Positions 1 to 13,085 of a DNA stretch of 55,764 bases are shown here, in pieces. Position 1 is the first letter of the stretch, and each line of letters begins with the position of its first letter. Source of the DNA: Octopus sinensis (Eukaryota). The position numbers and the translations under genes are program-made. Under the pieces are notes generated by a model, which was not told the DNA's origin, did no database searches, and was given only the letters and a program-made list of their open reading frames with translations. The stretch is from the NCBI RefSeq assembly GCF_006345805.1, contig NW_021833694.1:1-55764 (forward strand), written 5' to 3'.

Positions 1-1646
1 AAGCAATTTGTAAATTTGTGTACAGGCATTGTGTACAGACATTGCCGACTATTTTGCTTGGATATTCTTGTTTAATATTATCTTTTTAATTTAACCTCTA
101 TACTTTTTAACTGTACAACTTATTTTTTCATTTGAAAGTCCTGCGGGGGGGGGAAGGTGGCGAAGCATTCAGATCTGAGGAATTGTAAGCATGTATTAGT
201 TGTATAACCACAAGTGTCCTAGGGTTTTTGGTTGCAATTGAATTCAGGGAAAACCCTGCTCACCTAGAGACCGGAGACAATGCTATATAACTAAATGGAT
301 GGGAAGATGACGACTGGATGTCCTCTGACCATAGCTTACTCAATCAGGAAACATTGGCTTGGGGGCAGGATATGTTTACAATGTTTTCCATCAAAACACC
401 TGGAGTACCTGCGAAATCTCTTCCAATCACACACTCTTATTTTACACAATGGAGGACATGGTTGCTAATGTTTGAATAAAAATAATTAGTGGGTAATTGG
501 AATGCCTTTGTGCAAAATTACGATCAGTCAGGGAAACAACAACGTCGACCAACAACAATATTCAGAAAGTGGATAATAATCTTTTCTAATTTCTGTAAAA
601 AATTAATACTGAAGTCATATTTGAAACCGCATGTAAATGTAAATCAATTTTTGCTACTTTCCTGTAAAGATTTAAAATTAATATTTATACACACCACATA
701 TCTACACAGGCGAAATAAATTTAAGACCGATGATAATAGTCCTATTTCTAACAAAATATTTTGTTACTAACACCTTACAAATTATTTCTATGTTTTACAC
801 TTTATGGAGACTTTATTTCTCTTTCGAATGATGCAGACAATAACTATTTTTATACAACTTGAAGAATGCATGAAAGTACTAGTTCAATCAGAGTGGATAT
901 TTGATATTCTATCGCTTCATTATGTTCTATCTTATCATATATTATTATAAGATTGTAAATAAATCATGAAAATCAAAGTTGGAATATCTTTCAGTAATAT
1001 ATTCTTCTATACACAATCATACACACCTGTGTATAAGTGCATATATATTTATATATATATATATATGGATATTATTGCTTACAATAATATCAACTGGCAA
1101 GCATGCGTAAAAATCCCATAAGGTTAAGCATCATTAATTAATAATTAAGGTCCTACAAGCAGCACCAGCACACTAAAATAGCAGCACAAGAGAGAGAGAA
1201 GAACAGAAAGACAGAAGGAGAGAAAAAGAGAGAGAAAAGAAAGTGTGGAACAGGGAGAGAGGGAAAGAAAAAAGAAAGAAAAAGAGAAAGAGAGAGAGAG
1301 AGATAATTCGAAAAATAATTAGACAGATAAACAAACAGAAACTTCTATAAATAGATTGACAGACAGACAGACACACACACACACACACATCATATATAAA
1401 TGGTAAAAAAAATAACGCTCTCTCTCAGTCAGTCAAGTCCCACTAGTCACGACCATCTCGGGCAGTAACACTTGGGAAGGTTCGATCTGGTTGCCCCCCA
1501 CTAAAAGTCTCTCTCTATATATATATATGTATCATATTTTATCCATACAGTTCCACTTGTATTTTATATTTTCTTTCTTTAACATATTACTATACTATGC
1601 TTATATATATAATATATACATACATACATACATATATAATATATTA

Positions 1647-1693
<47 letters not shown>

Positions 1694-2072
1694 GTATATA
1701 TATATATTTATATACATACATATATACACACACACACACACACAAACACACATATATATATACACACACACACATATATATACACACACATACATATATG
1801 TGTGTTGTGTATGTGCGTGTATTCATTCAAACAATTACTAAAATATATAGCTGCACCAAGTGGGAAATTCCGTTTGTACAATTGTTCCGAGTATAAATTA
1901 TTTGGCAAACAATCCACTTGACAAACAGTAGAAACGTAGACATTTAATATAAATTTTAATACAGAATAAGCAGGATAAGAAGAAAAAGGCGTAGCAGAGA
2001 GTCGCTGAGGAGATCATAGTATGTGAGACGAAAGAATTTAAATAAATTAATAATAATGATAATAATAATAAT

Positions 2073-2313
2073 AGTCGTTCCTACTATAGGCACAGGGCCT
2101 GAAATATTTTTGGGGGTGAGTTAGTCGATTATATAGCCCCTGGTACTCAACTGATATTATTAATGCGAAGTAGACCTCGGGGAATTTGAACTCAGAAACT
2201 AATGATGGATGAAATACTACCAAGCATTTTGCCCGGAGTGCTAACGATTCTGCCAGCTCTTCGCCTTAATAATGATAATAATAATAATATAATAATAATA
2301 ATAATAATAAAAA

Positions 2314-2403
<90 letters not shown>

Positions 2404-2441
2404 GAAGAAGAAGAAGAAGAGGAATAATAAGAAGAATAATG

Positions 2442-2526
<85 letters not shown>

Positions 2527-2562
2527 TAATAATAATAATAATGATAATAACAATAATAATAG

Positions 2563-2610
<48 letters not shown>

Positions 2611-2857
2611 TAATAATAATAGTAATCCTGTCTACTGGAAGCACAAGGACAAGTCCATTACATCGAAGCCAGTGTGTAACTGGTACTTAATTTATCGTTC
2701 CCGAAAGGATGAAAGGCAAAGTCGATCTCGGCGGAATTTGAACTAAGAACGTAACCACAGACGAAATACTGCTAAGCATTTCGCCCGGCGCGCTAACGTT
2801 TCTGACATCTCGCCACCTTCGGGCAGACGAAATACTTCTAAGCGTTTTGCCCGGCGT
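2073..2857 (-). mobile_element. Cluster of tRNA-derived SINE family 2 copies separated by (TAA)n
   Basis: Repeated plus-strand text GGATGAAAGGCAAAGTCGA..CGGCGGAATTTGAACTCAGAAC..GAAATAC..AAGCATTT..CCCGG..GCTAACG..CTGCCAGCT, i.e. a minus-strand head with B box GAGTTCAAATTCC. Paralogous clusters at ~19164-19795, 28130-28865, 40603-41245 and 55083-55715. Confidence 0.8.
2267..2625. repeat. (TAA)n microsatellite with a short (AAG)n insert
   Basis: Direct reading; it explains the poly-I/poly-N ORFs 2192-2690. Confidence 0.95.
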
Positions 2858-2859
2858 AA

Positions 2860-2961
2860 CACCACAACCACCACCACCACCACCACCACCACCACCACCA
2901 CCACCACCACCACCACCACCACCACCACCACCACCACCACCACCACCACCACCACCACCAC

Positions 2962-3014
<53 letters not shown>

Positions 3015-3031
3015 AATGATAATAATAATAA
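2860..3031. repeat. Compound (ACC)n(AAC)n(AAT)n microsatellite
   Basis: Direct reading; it explains the poly-P/G/V ORFs. Paralogous sites at ~19795, 28875, 41245 and 55720 have only short (AAC)n. Confidence 0.95.
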
Positions 3032-3159
3032 AGTGAGGATCAAATATATATTTTGCTTGTGTTTCATTGGCAACAGACGACCATCTCCAAATAGAAGTAT
3101 TTCTGTTTTAACACCCAATTTCAAAAATGCAAAACGTAATAATATTAATATTAAGTAGA

Positions 3160-3300
3160 AAAATTCCGCCGAGGTTGTCTTTGCCTTTTATCCTTTCGGG
3201 GTGGATGAAATCAATATCAGTTAAGTACTGGTGTCGATGTAATCAACTTACTCCCCTCCCCGAAATTGCTGGTGTTGTGCCAAAATTTGAAATGAATGTG
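3160..3300 (+). mobile_element. 5'-truncated SINE family 2 fragment
   Basis: ATTCCGCCGAGGTTGTCTTTGCCTTTTATCCTTTCGGGGT..GTCGATGTAATCAACTT..GTGCCAAAATTTGAAA; paralogs at ~6160, 19953, 29082 and 41412. Confidence 0.7.
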
Positions 3301-4142
3301 TAGGAGAAATAAATCAAAACACAGCATTACTCACTAATGGACACCATGTTAATCGTTTGAACAAATTATTAAGTGAACGGTGAGCATTTTGTTCCAAGAA
3401 AACATAACGGTGTTACACTCACGTCAGAATTATTAGTTAAATATTTGTTTGTCCTGTTCATCCTATATATAGACTTATACATAAACACACATACATAGGC
3501 GTAGCTGTGTGGTAAGAAACATGCATCGCAAGCAGATAGTTCCAGGTTCAGTTTCACTGCATGGAAATTTGGGAAAGTGTCTTCTACTATAACCTTGGAC
3601 CGACCAAAATCTTACGAGTGGATTTGGTAGACGGAACCGAAAGAAGTGCGTTATATATATATCTATATATATTGAAGCATATGTGTGTGTTGTGTGTGTG
3701 TGTGTGAGTTCATTTGTTTGTGTATTTGTGTTTCTGTTTTTGCGACTATGTTTGTTACCCATTCATATTGGCAGCAGGTTTTTAAGGCCCCTCCTAAACA
3801 TTGCGGTTCGGCAAAAGCGGCCAATAAAATAAGTACTTGGCTTACAAAGAATAAGGTCTGATGTCAATCTATTGTGTTTAAAATCTTTTGATATGGTGCT
3901 CCAGCATGGCCGCGGGCAAATTTCATCAAGTAAAAGAATAAAAGAAAAAGAATACACATTTATATATGTGTGTGTGTTTGTGTGTGTATATATACAAATG
4001 CGTATGAATATATATATATATGTATTTATATACCTATATATATACGTGTGTGTGTGGGAATGTTTCGCCTCGTACACATGTGTATGTATTCACACACACA
4101 TGTAGACGCACGCTCACATATACATTCATATATACATACATA

Positions 4143-4173
<31 letters not shown>

Positions 4174-6825
4174 CAAACGTACGTACATACACACACTCAT
4201 ATGCAAATACACTCATACACACACATATTCGTGCGTGTTTGTGTATGTATTTATATCCTCATGCATCTTTATATAACCATACATGATTACATATGACCCC
4301 GCGTAGAAATTCTTCGTCCTAAAATCCTAGATTGCCGCCTTTAAAGTGGTTTCTGGCTTAGGTAGAATGCCAGTGGTTGTGTTTTGTTGGGGAGTTGGTC
4401 AGTCGACTAATCGAACTTCAGCACCTCTGAGAAATGAAAGGCAAAGGGGAATTCGACAGGAAAGGAACTCAGAATGCGAATAGATTAATCAATTTTTGGT
4501 ACTTTTTTTATATATACACACACACATATATATATGATTTATTTTTCCATCTCTCTCTATCTTTCTATAACTATGCAACTTAATAGAATAACGTTGTTCC
4601 TGACTGTCATTTGTCGGCGAGCATTTGGTTCCAACCAACCATAACGTCGTTACACGCACGTAATAACTATTGGTTAAGCATTTTTTGTCCTTCTCTCACT
4701 ATATATAGACTTCTACATAAACACACATGCATAGGCGTGGCTATTTGGTAAGGAACTTGTTCCGCAAGCACATAGATCCAGGTTTATTTTCCCTGCATGG
4801 CAACCTGGGAAAGTGTCTTCTACTATAGACTCGGGCCGAGCAAAGACTTGTGAGTGGGTATTGTAGACGGACCCGAAGGAAGTCCTAGATGTTATTTAAT
4901 AATTGAATCTTCATCTTGATAGTAAGGTCGGACTTATATTTCGGAAAGATCTATAAAAATTAACATCCACATCATGTGATGTATTACAATAATGATTGTA
5001 GGTGTAGGTTTCAGGACTAGTGAATGTCCATTACTTGAACATTTGCGCTATCAGCCCTATCGTAAGCATTTGAGACAATGATATTCCATTATCTCACACC
5101 CTACCGACTTAACCACGGAAAGAACACAACACACATTGTGATGTAAGTGAATGGAGGGGATGATCATGACCGAAACGCCTCTGATCATAGCCTTGTCATC
5201 AGTGAACAACAAGAATACTTTACAACCAACTGAAATATATTCTGGGAAAGGAGGGAAATTCGTCGGGTTTGCATTTTAGTAACTAGAGAGATGAGGTCGT
5301 GTCTTTGAGCAGATATCGCCATCCTAATAATCGATAAAAACAATGGTGTTTGTTTTAGAAATGTGTCAAGTAGATAAGAATATTCTCTGGGTGTTGCCAG
5401 GACATATGAAAAATACCATTTTGGGAGTATAATAGCAGTCGAGAATACATAACATCCTGGTCAAAGGTGCTGCTCTCGATAACAGGGTCATGATTTCAAA
5501 TCCTGCAAAGAAAGGTGTATTGCGCGCAAGACACTTCATCTTATGTTGCACAGCGCCCATTTCAACACTTGACGTGTAGGAACGGTTAATAGCTGGAAAA
5601 TGGATTTATTTTTCGGATATTAAAGAATTGCAGCCAATCACATACATCAAGGGAAAATACTGCAACTCACGGTTTAAAAAAAATAGAGAATTATTTCAAC
5701 AGGGTATTTCATTCAGTATACTTTTCGGATAGCAGCTGGAACGTGAGACAAAACACTTATATGAGGCAATAGAATTAGATGGCGATAGTTTGAATGACTT
5801 TGTGCAAAACTTCGATCTGGGCAAACAACAACGTCGACACAACACCCTAAGTAAAACACAAAAAAACAAACAAACAAAGATATGTACCTAAAATTGGCCT
5901 CGTTCTCAGACTTTGTATACCCACACCAAACTCCGCAATTTTCTGCGTCAGACTTTCTATCATTACATGATACAACGCCATATCGTTAGCTGACAAGAGA
6001 CATCTCTTAGGAGTAACGCTCATATCTTTTTCGGGATCCATAAAAAAATTCAGTGGGTGTTGCTTTGGAAAACGCCTAGTAGAAAAGAAGGATTTCTGGG
6101 ATGCTGTCCCACCTACATATGTTTTATGCATGAACGTAATAATATTAAATTTTAAGTAGAAATATTCCGCCGAGGTTGTCTTTGCCTTTTATCCTTTCGG
6201 GGTGGATGAAATCATTATCAGTTAAGTACTGGGGTCGATGTAATCAACTTACTCTCTCCCCCGAAATTGCTGGTGTTGTGCAAAAATTGAAATGAATGTG
6301 TAGGAGAAATAAATCAAAACACAGCATTACTCACTAATGGACACCGTGTAATCGTTTTAAACAAATTATAAAGTGAACGGCTTGGAGAGTGTTTCATCTT
6401 TATGCGTGTTTCCTTGGATTGAGTCTGTGTAGGGGGGCATGTTTAGGCGCGGCTGTGTGTGGTAAGACGCTTGCTTCCAAATCTGGTTTCGGGTTCAGTT
6501 CCACTGCGTGGCACACTACTCATATGTTTTCTACTGTAGCCATTGGACTCTCAAATCTTCAGGAGTGGATTTGGTAGATGGAAACGGAAAGAAGCCCATT
6601 GAGACTATTCTTTTACTTGTTTCAGTCATTTGACTGCGGCCATGTTGGAGCTACGCCTTTAGTCGAACAAATCGACCCTATGATTAATCTTTGTAATCCT
6701 AGTACTTATTCTATCAGCTTTTTCCAGAACCGCTAGGTTAAAGGGAAGTAAACACACCAACATCGGTTATCAAGGGATGGTGGACGGACAAATATAGACA
6801 CACGAATACACACACACACACATAC

Positions 6826-6972
6826 GACGGGCTTATTTGAGTTTCCATCTCTGAAATCCACTCACAAGGCTTTGGTCGGCCCTTAGCTATAGTAGAAGAC
6901 ACTCAGCCAAGGTGTCTCGCAACGGGACTTAACCCGGAACCATGTGTTTCATACTCTACGGCCACTCCTATG
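6826..6972 (-). mobile_element. tRNA-derived SINE, family 1, minus-strand copy
   Basis: Reverse complement of the family-1 head and body (..AAGGCTTTGGTCGGCCC..GCTATAGTAGAAGACAC..GGGACTTAACCCGGAACCATG..GCCACTCCTATGCCT). Paralogs at ~20615-20763, 29735-29885 and 42078-42225; another minus copy at ~25157-25318. Confidence 0.75.
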
Positions 6973-7535
6973 CCTATATAAGTCTGTCTGTAAATATCAG
7001 TGTGTGTGTGTGTCATTGTGTCAGTGTTTGTCCCACCGCTTGACGACCTGTGTTGGTTTGTTTACGTTCCGGTAACTTAGCGATTCACCAAAATACTCCA
7101 ATAAAATAAGTACAAGGCTTAAAAATTAAGTACAGAGGTCAATTAGTTCGACTCAAAACTTCTCAAACCAGTGACATCTCTATATATACACATAATCCTT
7201 TCGGAGCCATGTTCGTTAAAGGAATTGTTCGTTACACGAGTAAGAAGAAATCCGTTCATGCCACTCCCCAAAGCCACATAAAAGTATATATTATACCTTA
7301 GCGTTGATACAATAGAAAGTCATGTGAAAGGTCGAATGTAGTGTGACTGCTCAGTTTGGTTTACCACTAAAACACCGGCTTGAACAGAAAAATGTGGTGC
7401 ACAAATTGGGTATCAACGGTTTTAAGGTGTGGTTGATCATTGAGCGGAGGGACATAAATTATAACAGATTAGGAGCAAGAAAAACATTTAGCCTTATTCA
7501 AGAACATTCATTTTATAATTTATAATATAAGTATT

Positions 7536-7875
7536 GGCGCAGGAGTGGCTGTGTAGTAATAGGCGTGCTTACCAACCACATTGTTTGGGGTTCAGTCCCA
7601 CTGCGTGGCACCTTGCAATAATGCGTTCTACTATAGCCTCGGGCCGACCAAAGCCTTGCTAATGGATCTGGAAGACGGAAACTGAAAGAAGCCCATCATG
7701 TTTGTGTGTGTGAGTTTGTGTGTCTCTGTTTGTCCCCCACCATCGCTTGACAACCGATGTTGGTGAGTTTACGTCCATGTAATTTAGTGGTTCAGCAAAG
7801 GAGACTCATAGAATAAGTGCAAGGCTTACAAATAATAAGTTCGATTAAAAAGGTATTGCTCCAGCATGGACGCAG
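7536..7875 (+). mobile_element. tRNA-derived SINE, family 1 (representative copy)
   Basis: tRNA-like head GGCGCAGGAGTGGCTGTGTAGTAA (A box) ... GGGTTCAGTCCC (B box); body CTACTATAGCCTCGGGCCGACCAAAGCCTTG..GGAAACTGAAAGAAGCCC, then (GT)n. Further + strand copies begin near 3497, 4734, 6445, 10757, 12338, 20236, 21345, 29363, 34292, 35672, 41695, 46029 and 47994. Confidence 0.8.
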
Positions 7876-8295
7876 TGAAATGGCTGAAAGAAATAAAAGA
7901 ACTGTGCAGAGTGGTTACAAATATGCACAAAGTCTCTTATAACTGTTTCTAGAATAGCTAAGCATGTTATTGAGTAAAGAATTCCATCTGAGCAAATCAT
8001 TCCGTTATTGGAGAAAGAAGAAGAAAATGCAGAAATGCATAATATCCTTTATCGAGGATATTATTCGTTACCAGTCTTTTGGGAACCATGGAATTCTCAG
8101 ATAAATGTGTTTGGTATTTTCGTGATCGAAGAGTTAGTAAAGTTTCTAGGAAGGTCCCTGGCAAAGGATAATAGAAGTTATCAGTTGCATTTGAATAGAG
8201 TTTAGAGATGGACAGAAAATGTCTGTTTGTACAGACACGGATTCTCGCACTGTCATCGTATATAAGTATAGAGAGTTAAATTAAATTAAGTGAGG

Positions 8296-8330
<35 letters not shown>

Positions 8331-8379
8331 AATTGAGAGGAGAGGATTATTAGTAATTAAGGACGAGTAAAAGCAGATG

Positions 8380-9570
8380 TATAAACGCCTGTCGCCTCAT
8401 TGTATATTTGACTACCATGTGGGCCAGAGTGATTAAATCGCCAAACTGGAAATACCCAGGACCGGAGGGTACAAGGATATTGGCTGAAAATTTCCCCAGC
8501 AGTACACAGAAGAATAGCCAAGCAAATATATAAAATGATCAACAACAGTGTACAAATCCCAAGAGGCTGGCCACAAGTAAAACAATTCTTTGCCAAAATA
8601 ATCCCAACAAAGCAATGCAGTGGATAATCACCGGCCTATCACCTGTCTGCCCCTCATGTGGAAGCTGATGACAGGAATAATATTTAATTAGGTGTATGAT
8701 TTCCTGGAAATAAATTACAAAGCACTAGTGGAAAGAGAAGGGTACAGAAAGAATAGCCAAGTTACACTTACAGACTATTATGGTATCAGAACGGAAAATG
8801 AAAAGGGAGACAGTGTTTGTAAGCAACCGCACACGATCAGGCATTCATAACTAACTACATAAATCAAAATAGACAAAAACAGGCAAATTCCCAATATGTA
8901 GAGACTTTTAACATGAATTCACACAGAAAAGGGAGTCAGCAGTGAAGGCCAGATAGCAAGAAAGTAATATCACTGAAGGCAGAGAATCATAAGTGCTTCG
9001 GAGTATTAGAATCTGAGAGTGTACTAACAATGGAAATGAAAACAAAAATAGATAAGGAGTACATCGGAAGGTTGAAGAAGCTAATGAAGGGAAAGCGAAG
9101 GGTTCTAAATCTAGTAAAGGTTGTAAAAACTTGGGAAGTGTCGTTACTTCGGTATTCAGCAGAATTTGTTGATTGGAAAAGATCTGAATTAGCAAATCTA
9201 GACAGAAGAACTAGGAAGGAATTCAATATGAATAGAGGACTTCAGCCTCGATTAGGAAGAGCAAGATTGCACTTACTTAGAATAACGAAGGTGGAAGCGG
9301 TTTAATATCAGCAGAAAGTAGGGTAGAGTTAGCTAGAGTAGATATATATAATAATGAATAAAATTTATGATTTGCCTGAGTTATAGTAGGAGATAGGAAA
9401 GGGAAAAGCCAAATGAAATTAAAACAATAAAAAAAGTAGGAAGATAATCTAACTGACAAGAGAATGTATGGCAATGTCGATTGGCAAAGATAGTTGCAGG
9501 AAATAGTAACATTGAGACATGGTTATGGTTGCTGAAAGGAAGCTGAAAAGGGAGACAGAGTTTCTAAGCA
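8380..9570 (+). mobile_element. Decayed R4/Dong-type LINE fossil (copy 1, internally deleted)
   Basis: Broken translations: IKSPNWKYPGPEG.QGYWLK, NHRPITCLPLMWKLMTGII, KEYIGRLKKLMK..VKTWEVSLLRYSAEFVDWKRSELANLDRRTRK..NRGLQPR. Confidence 0.85.
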
Positions 9571-11298
9571 AAAATTAATTGTAAGGTCGGACTTATATTT
9601 CGGAGAGATCTATGAAAATTAACATCCACATCATGTGATGTATTACAATAATGATTGCAGGTGTAGGTTTCAGGACTAATGATTGTCCATTACTTGAACG
9701 TTTGCGCTATCAGCCCTATCGTAAGCATTTGAGACAATGATATTCCATTGTCCCACACCCTACCGTCTTAACCACGGAAAGAACACAACACACATTGCGA
9801 TGTAAGTAAATCAACGGCATGATCATGGCCGAAAAGCCTCTGATCATAGTCTTGTCATCATTGAACAACAAGCATTCTTTACAAATAACTGAAATATATT
9901 CTGCGAAACGAGGAAAATTGGCCGGGTTTCCATTTTAGTAACTAGAGCGATGAGGTCCTATTTTTGAGCAGATATCGCCATCCCAATAATCGGTAAAAAC
10001 AATGGCGTTTGTTTTAGAAAAGCGACAAGTAGATAAGAATATTCTGTGGGTGTTGTCAGGACATATGAAAAATAAAGTTTTGGTAATATAATAGAAGTCG
10101 AGGACATGAAATCGTGATTAAGGTCGTGATTTCAGATCCTGGGACGAGTGGTGGTTTGTGCGCAGAACAATTCATCTTATGTTGCACAGCGACCATTTCA
10201 ACACTCGACGTGTAGGAATGGTGACTAGCTGGAAAATGGATTTATTTTCCGGATATTAAAGAATTTCAGCCAATCACATACATCAAGAAAAAATACTGCC
10301 ACTCTCGTTTTAAAAATAATTAGAGAATTATTACAACAGGGTATTTCAATCAGTATGCTTTTCGGATAGCACCTGGAAGGTTGAGACAAAGAACTTATAT
10401 GAGGCAAGAGAATATTCCGATAAGTGGATAAAACATTTAATTTCTGTCAAAAATTCAAACCGAAGTCATATTTGGGGCCGTCTCTATAAAGGTAAATCAA
10501 TTTTTGTTACTTTTCTTTTAAGATTTAACATTTGTATCTACACACACATGTATATATGATTTATTTTTCCCTCTCTCTCTATCTTTCTATAACTATGCAA
10601 ATTAATACAATTAAGTTGTTCCTGACGATCATTTGTCGGTGAGATTTTGGTTCCAAGCAACCATAACGTTGTTACATGCACTTCAGAATTATTATTCAAA
10701 CATTTCTTTGTCCTGTTCATCCTATATATAGACTTCTACATAAACACATATGCATAGGCGTGGCTGTGTGGTAAGAAACATGCTTCACAAGCAGATAGTT
10801 CCAGGTTCAGTTTCACTGCATGGCAATTTGGAAAGTGTCTTCTACTATAACCTCAGACCGACCAAAGCCTTACGAGTGGATTTGGTAGACGGAACCGAAA
10901 GAAGTGCGTTCTATATGTATCTATATATATTGAAGCATATGTGTGTTTGTGTGTGTGTGTGTGAGTTTGTTTGTTTGTGTATGTGTGTTTCTGTCTTTGC
11001 GACTATGTTTGTTACCCATTCATATCTTGACAGCAAGTTTTTTAAGGCCCCTCCTTAACATTGCGGTTCGGCAAAAGCGGCCAATAAAATAAGTACTTGG
11101 CTTACAAAGAATAAGCTCTGATGTCAATTTATTGGGCTTAAAGGCTTTTGATATGGTGCTCCAGCATGACCGTGGGCAAATGACTTCAACACGTAAAGGA
11201 ATTTAAAGAATAAGAATACACCTTTATATGTGTGTGTGCGCATGCGTGTGTGTATATATATAAATGCGTATGAATATATAAATATGTACTTATATACC

Positions 11299-11334
<36 letters not shown>

Positions 11335-11403
11335 AGTGTTTTGCCTCGTACACATGTGCATGATTTCCAACACACATGTAGACACACGCTCACATATACA
11401 TTC

Positions 11404-11500
<97 letters not shown>

Positions 11501-11549
11501 ATACATATATACATATATATATATTATATATATATACAGATATATATAT

Positions 11550-11624
<75 letters not shown>

Positions 11625-11689
11625 TATATTTATATATATATATATAGATATAATATATATATATATATATTACATATATATACATATAT

Positions 11690-11721
<32 letters not shown>

Positions 11722-11769
11722 TATAATATATATACATATATTACATATATATTTATATATATATATATA
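11404..11769. repeat. Long imperfect (TA)n microsatellite
   Basis: Direct reading. Similar tracts at 1600-1800, 16144-16300, 25318-25475, 34933-35098, 46158-46437, 47372-47446 and 48365-48430. Confidence 0.95.
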
Positions 11770-13028
11770 CAAACGAAAATACATACACACTCATATGCGC
11801 ACACATTCATACACACACATATTTGTGCGTTTGTTTATGTATATATATCCTCATGCATCTTTATATAACCATACATGATTACGTATGACCCCGCGTAGAA
11901 ATTCTTCGTCCTAAAGTCCTAGATTGCCGCCTATAAAGTGGTTTCTGGGTTAGGTAGATTGCCAGTGGTTGTGTTTTGTGGGGGAATTGGACAGTCGACT
12001 AATTGGACTTCAGCACCTCTGAGAAATGAAAGGCAAAGGGTAGTTCGACAGGAAAGGAAATCAGAATGCGAATAGATAAATCGAGTTTTGTTATTTTTCT
12101 TTTAAGATTTAACATTTATATATACACACACATATATATGATTTATTTTTCCATCTCTCTCTATCTTTCTATAACTATGCAACTTAATAGAATAACGTTG
12201 TTCCTGACAGTCATTTGTCGGTGAGCATTTGGTTCCAAGCAACCATAACGTTGTTACACGCACGTAAGAAATATTAGTTAAACATTTGATTGTCCTCTTC
12301 ATCCTGTTTATAGACGTCTACATAAACACACATGCATAGGCGTGGCTATGTGGCAAGAAGCTTGCTCCGCAAGCACATAGGTCCAGGTTTCGTTTCCCTG
12401 CTTGGCAACCTGGGAAAGTGTCTTCTACTATAACCTCGGGCCGAGCAAAGACTTGTGAGTGGGTTTAGTAGACGGACCCGAAGGAAATCCGTTATATATA
12501 TATATATATACATATGTGTGTGTGAGTGTGTCTGTGAGTGTATGTGTGGTGCGCGCGCGTGTGTGTGTGTGTGTTTACTGTGTGTGTGTGTGTGTCTGTG
12601 TGACTATGTTTGCTACCCGTTCACAGCTTGAGAGCAGGTCTTTTACTCCCGCCTTAACATAGTTGTTCGGCAAAAGCGCGTTCAAAAAAATATGTACCAG
12701 GCTTACAAAAAACTAAGCCCAACTGTAAATTTCTTCGGCTCTTCGGCTTAAAGGCTTTTCAGGTGGTACTCCAGCAAGGCCGCAGTCAAATGACTTAAAC
12801 AAGTAAAGAATTAAGAAGAGAATACACTATTTATATGTGTGTGTAGATCTCTGAATGCGTATGAATATTTTTATATATTATAATATACAAATATGTGTGA
12901 TCGTGTGCGTGTGTGTGTATGCATGTGTGTGTGTCTGTGTGTGTATGTTAAAAGCCGAACACTTGTGCATGTACTCACACACACAGATGCACATAGACGC
13001 CCACATATACATTAATATATATACATTA

Positions 13029-13085
<57 letters not shown>

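Noticed and set aside
1173-4296. Many ORFs rich in YI, CV, HT, poly-I, poly-P and poly-G (here and throughout the window)
   Set aside because: They are translations of (TA)n, (CA)n, (TAA)n and (ACC)n microsatellites, with no domain content and frames not conserved between units.
5155-5203. GATCATGACCGAAACG and minus-strand CTGATGA suggesting a hammerhead or C/D-box snoRNA
   Set aside because: The two half-motifs lie on opposite strands and there is no terminal stem. The sequence is homologous to the diverged CCTCTGACCATAG block of module B, which lacks them.
7536-7615. tRNA-like sequence with A and B boxes
   Set aside because: It runs directly into a SINE body and cannot form a full cloverleaf, so it is a SINE head rather than a tRNA gene.
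9661-9720. Apparent 60-nt symmetric exon (TTGCAG|GTGTAGG...CCCTATC|GTAAGC) in module L
   Set aside because: There is no polypyrimidine tract, the AG is lost in the copies at ~13503 and ~36826, and substitutions show no clear synonymous bias.
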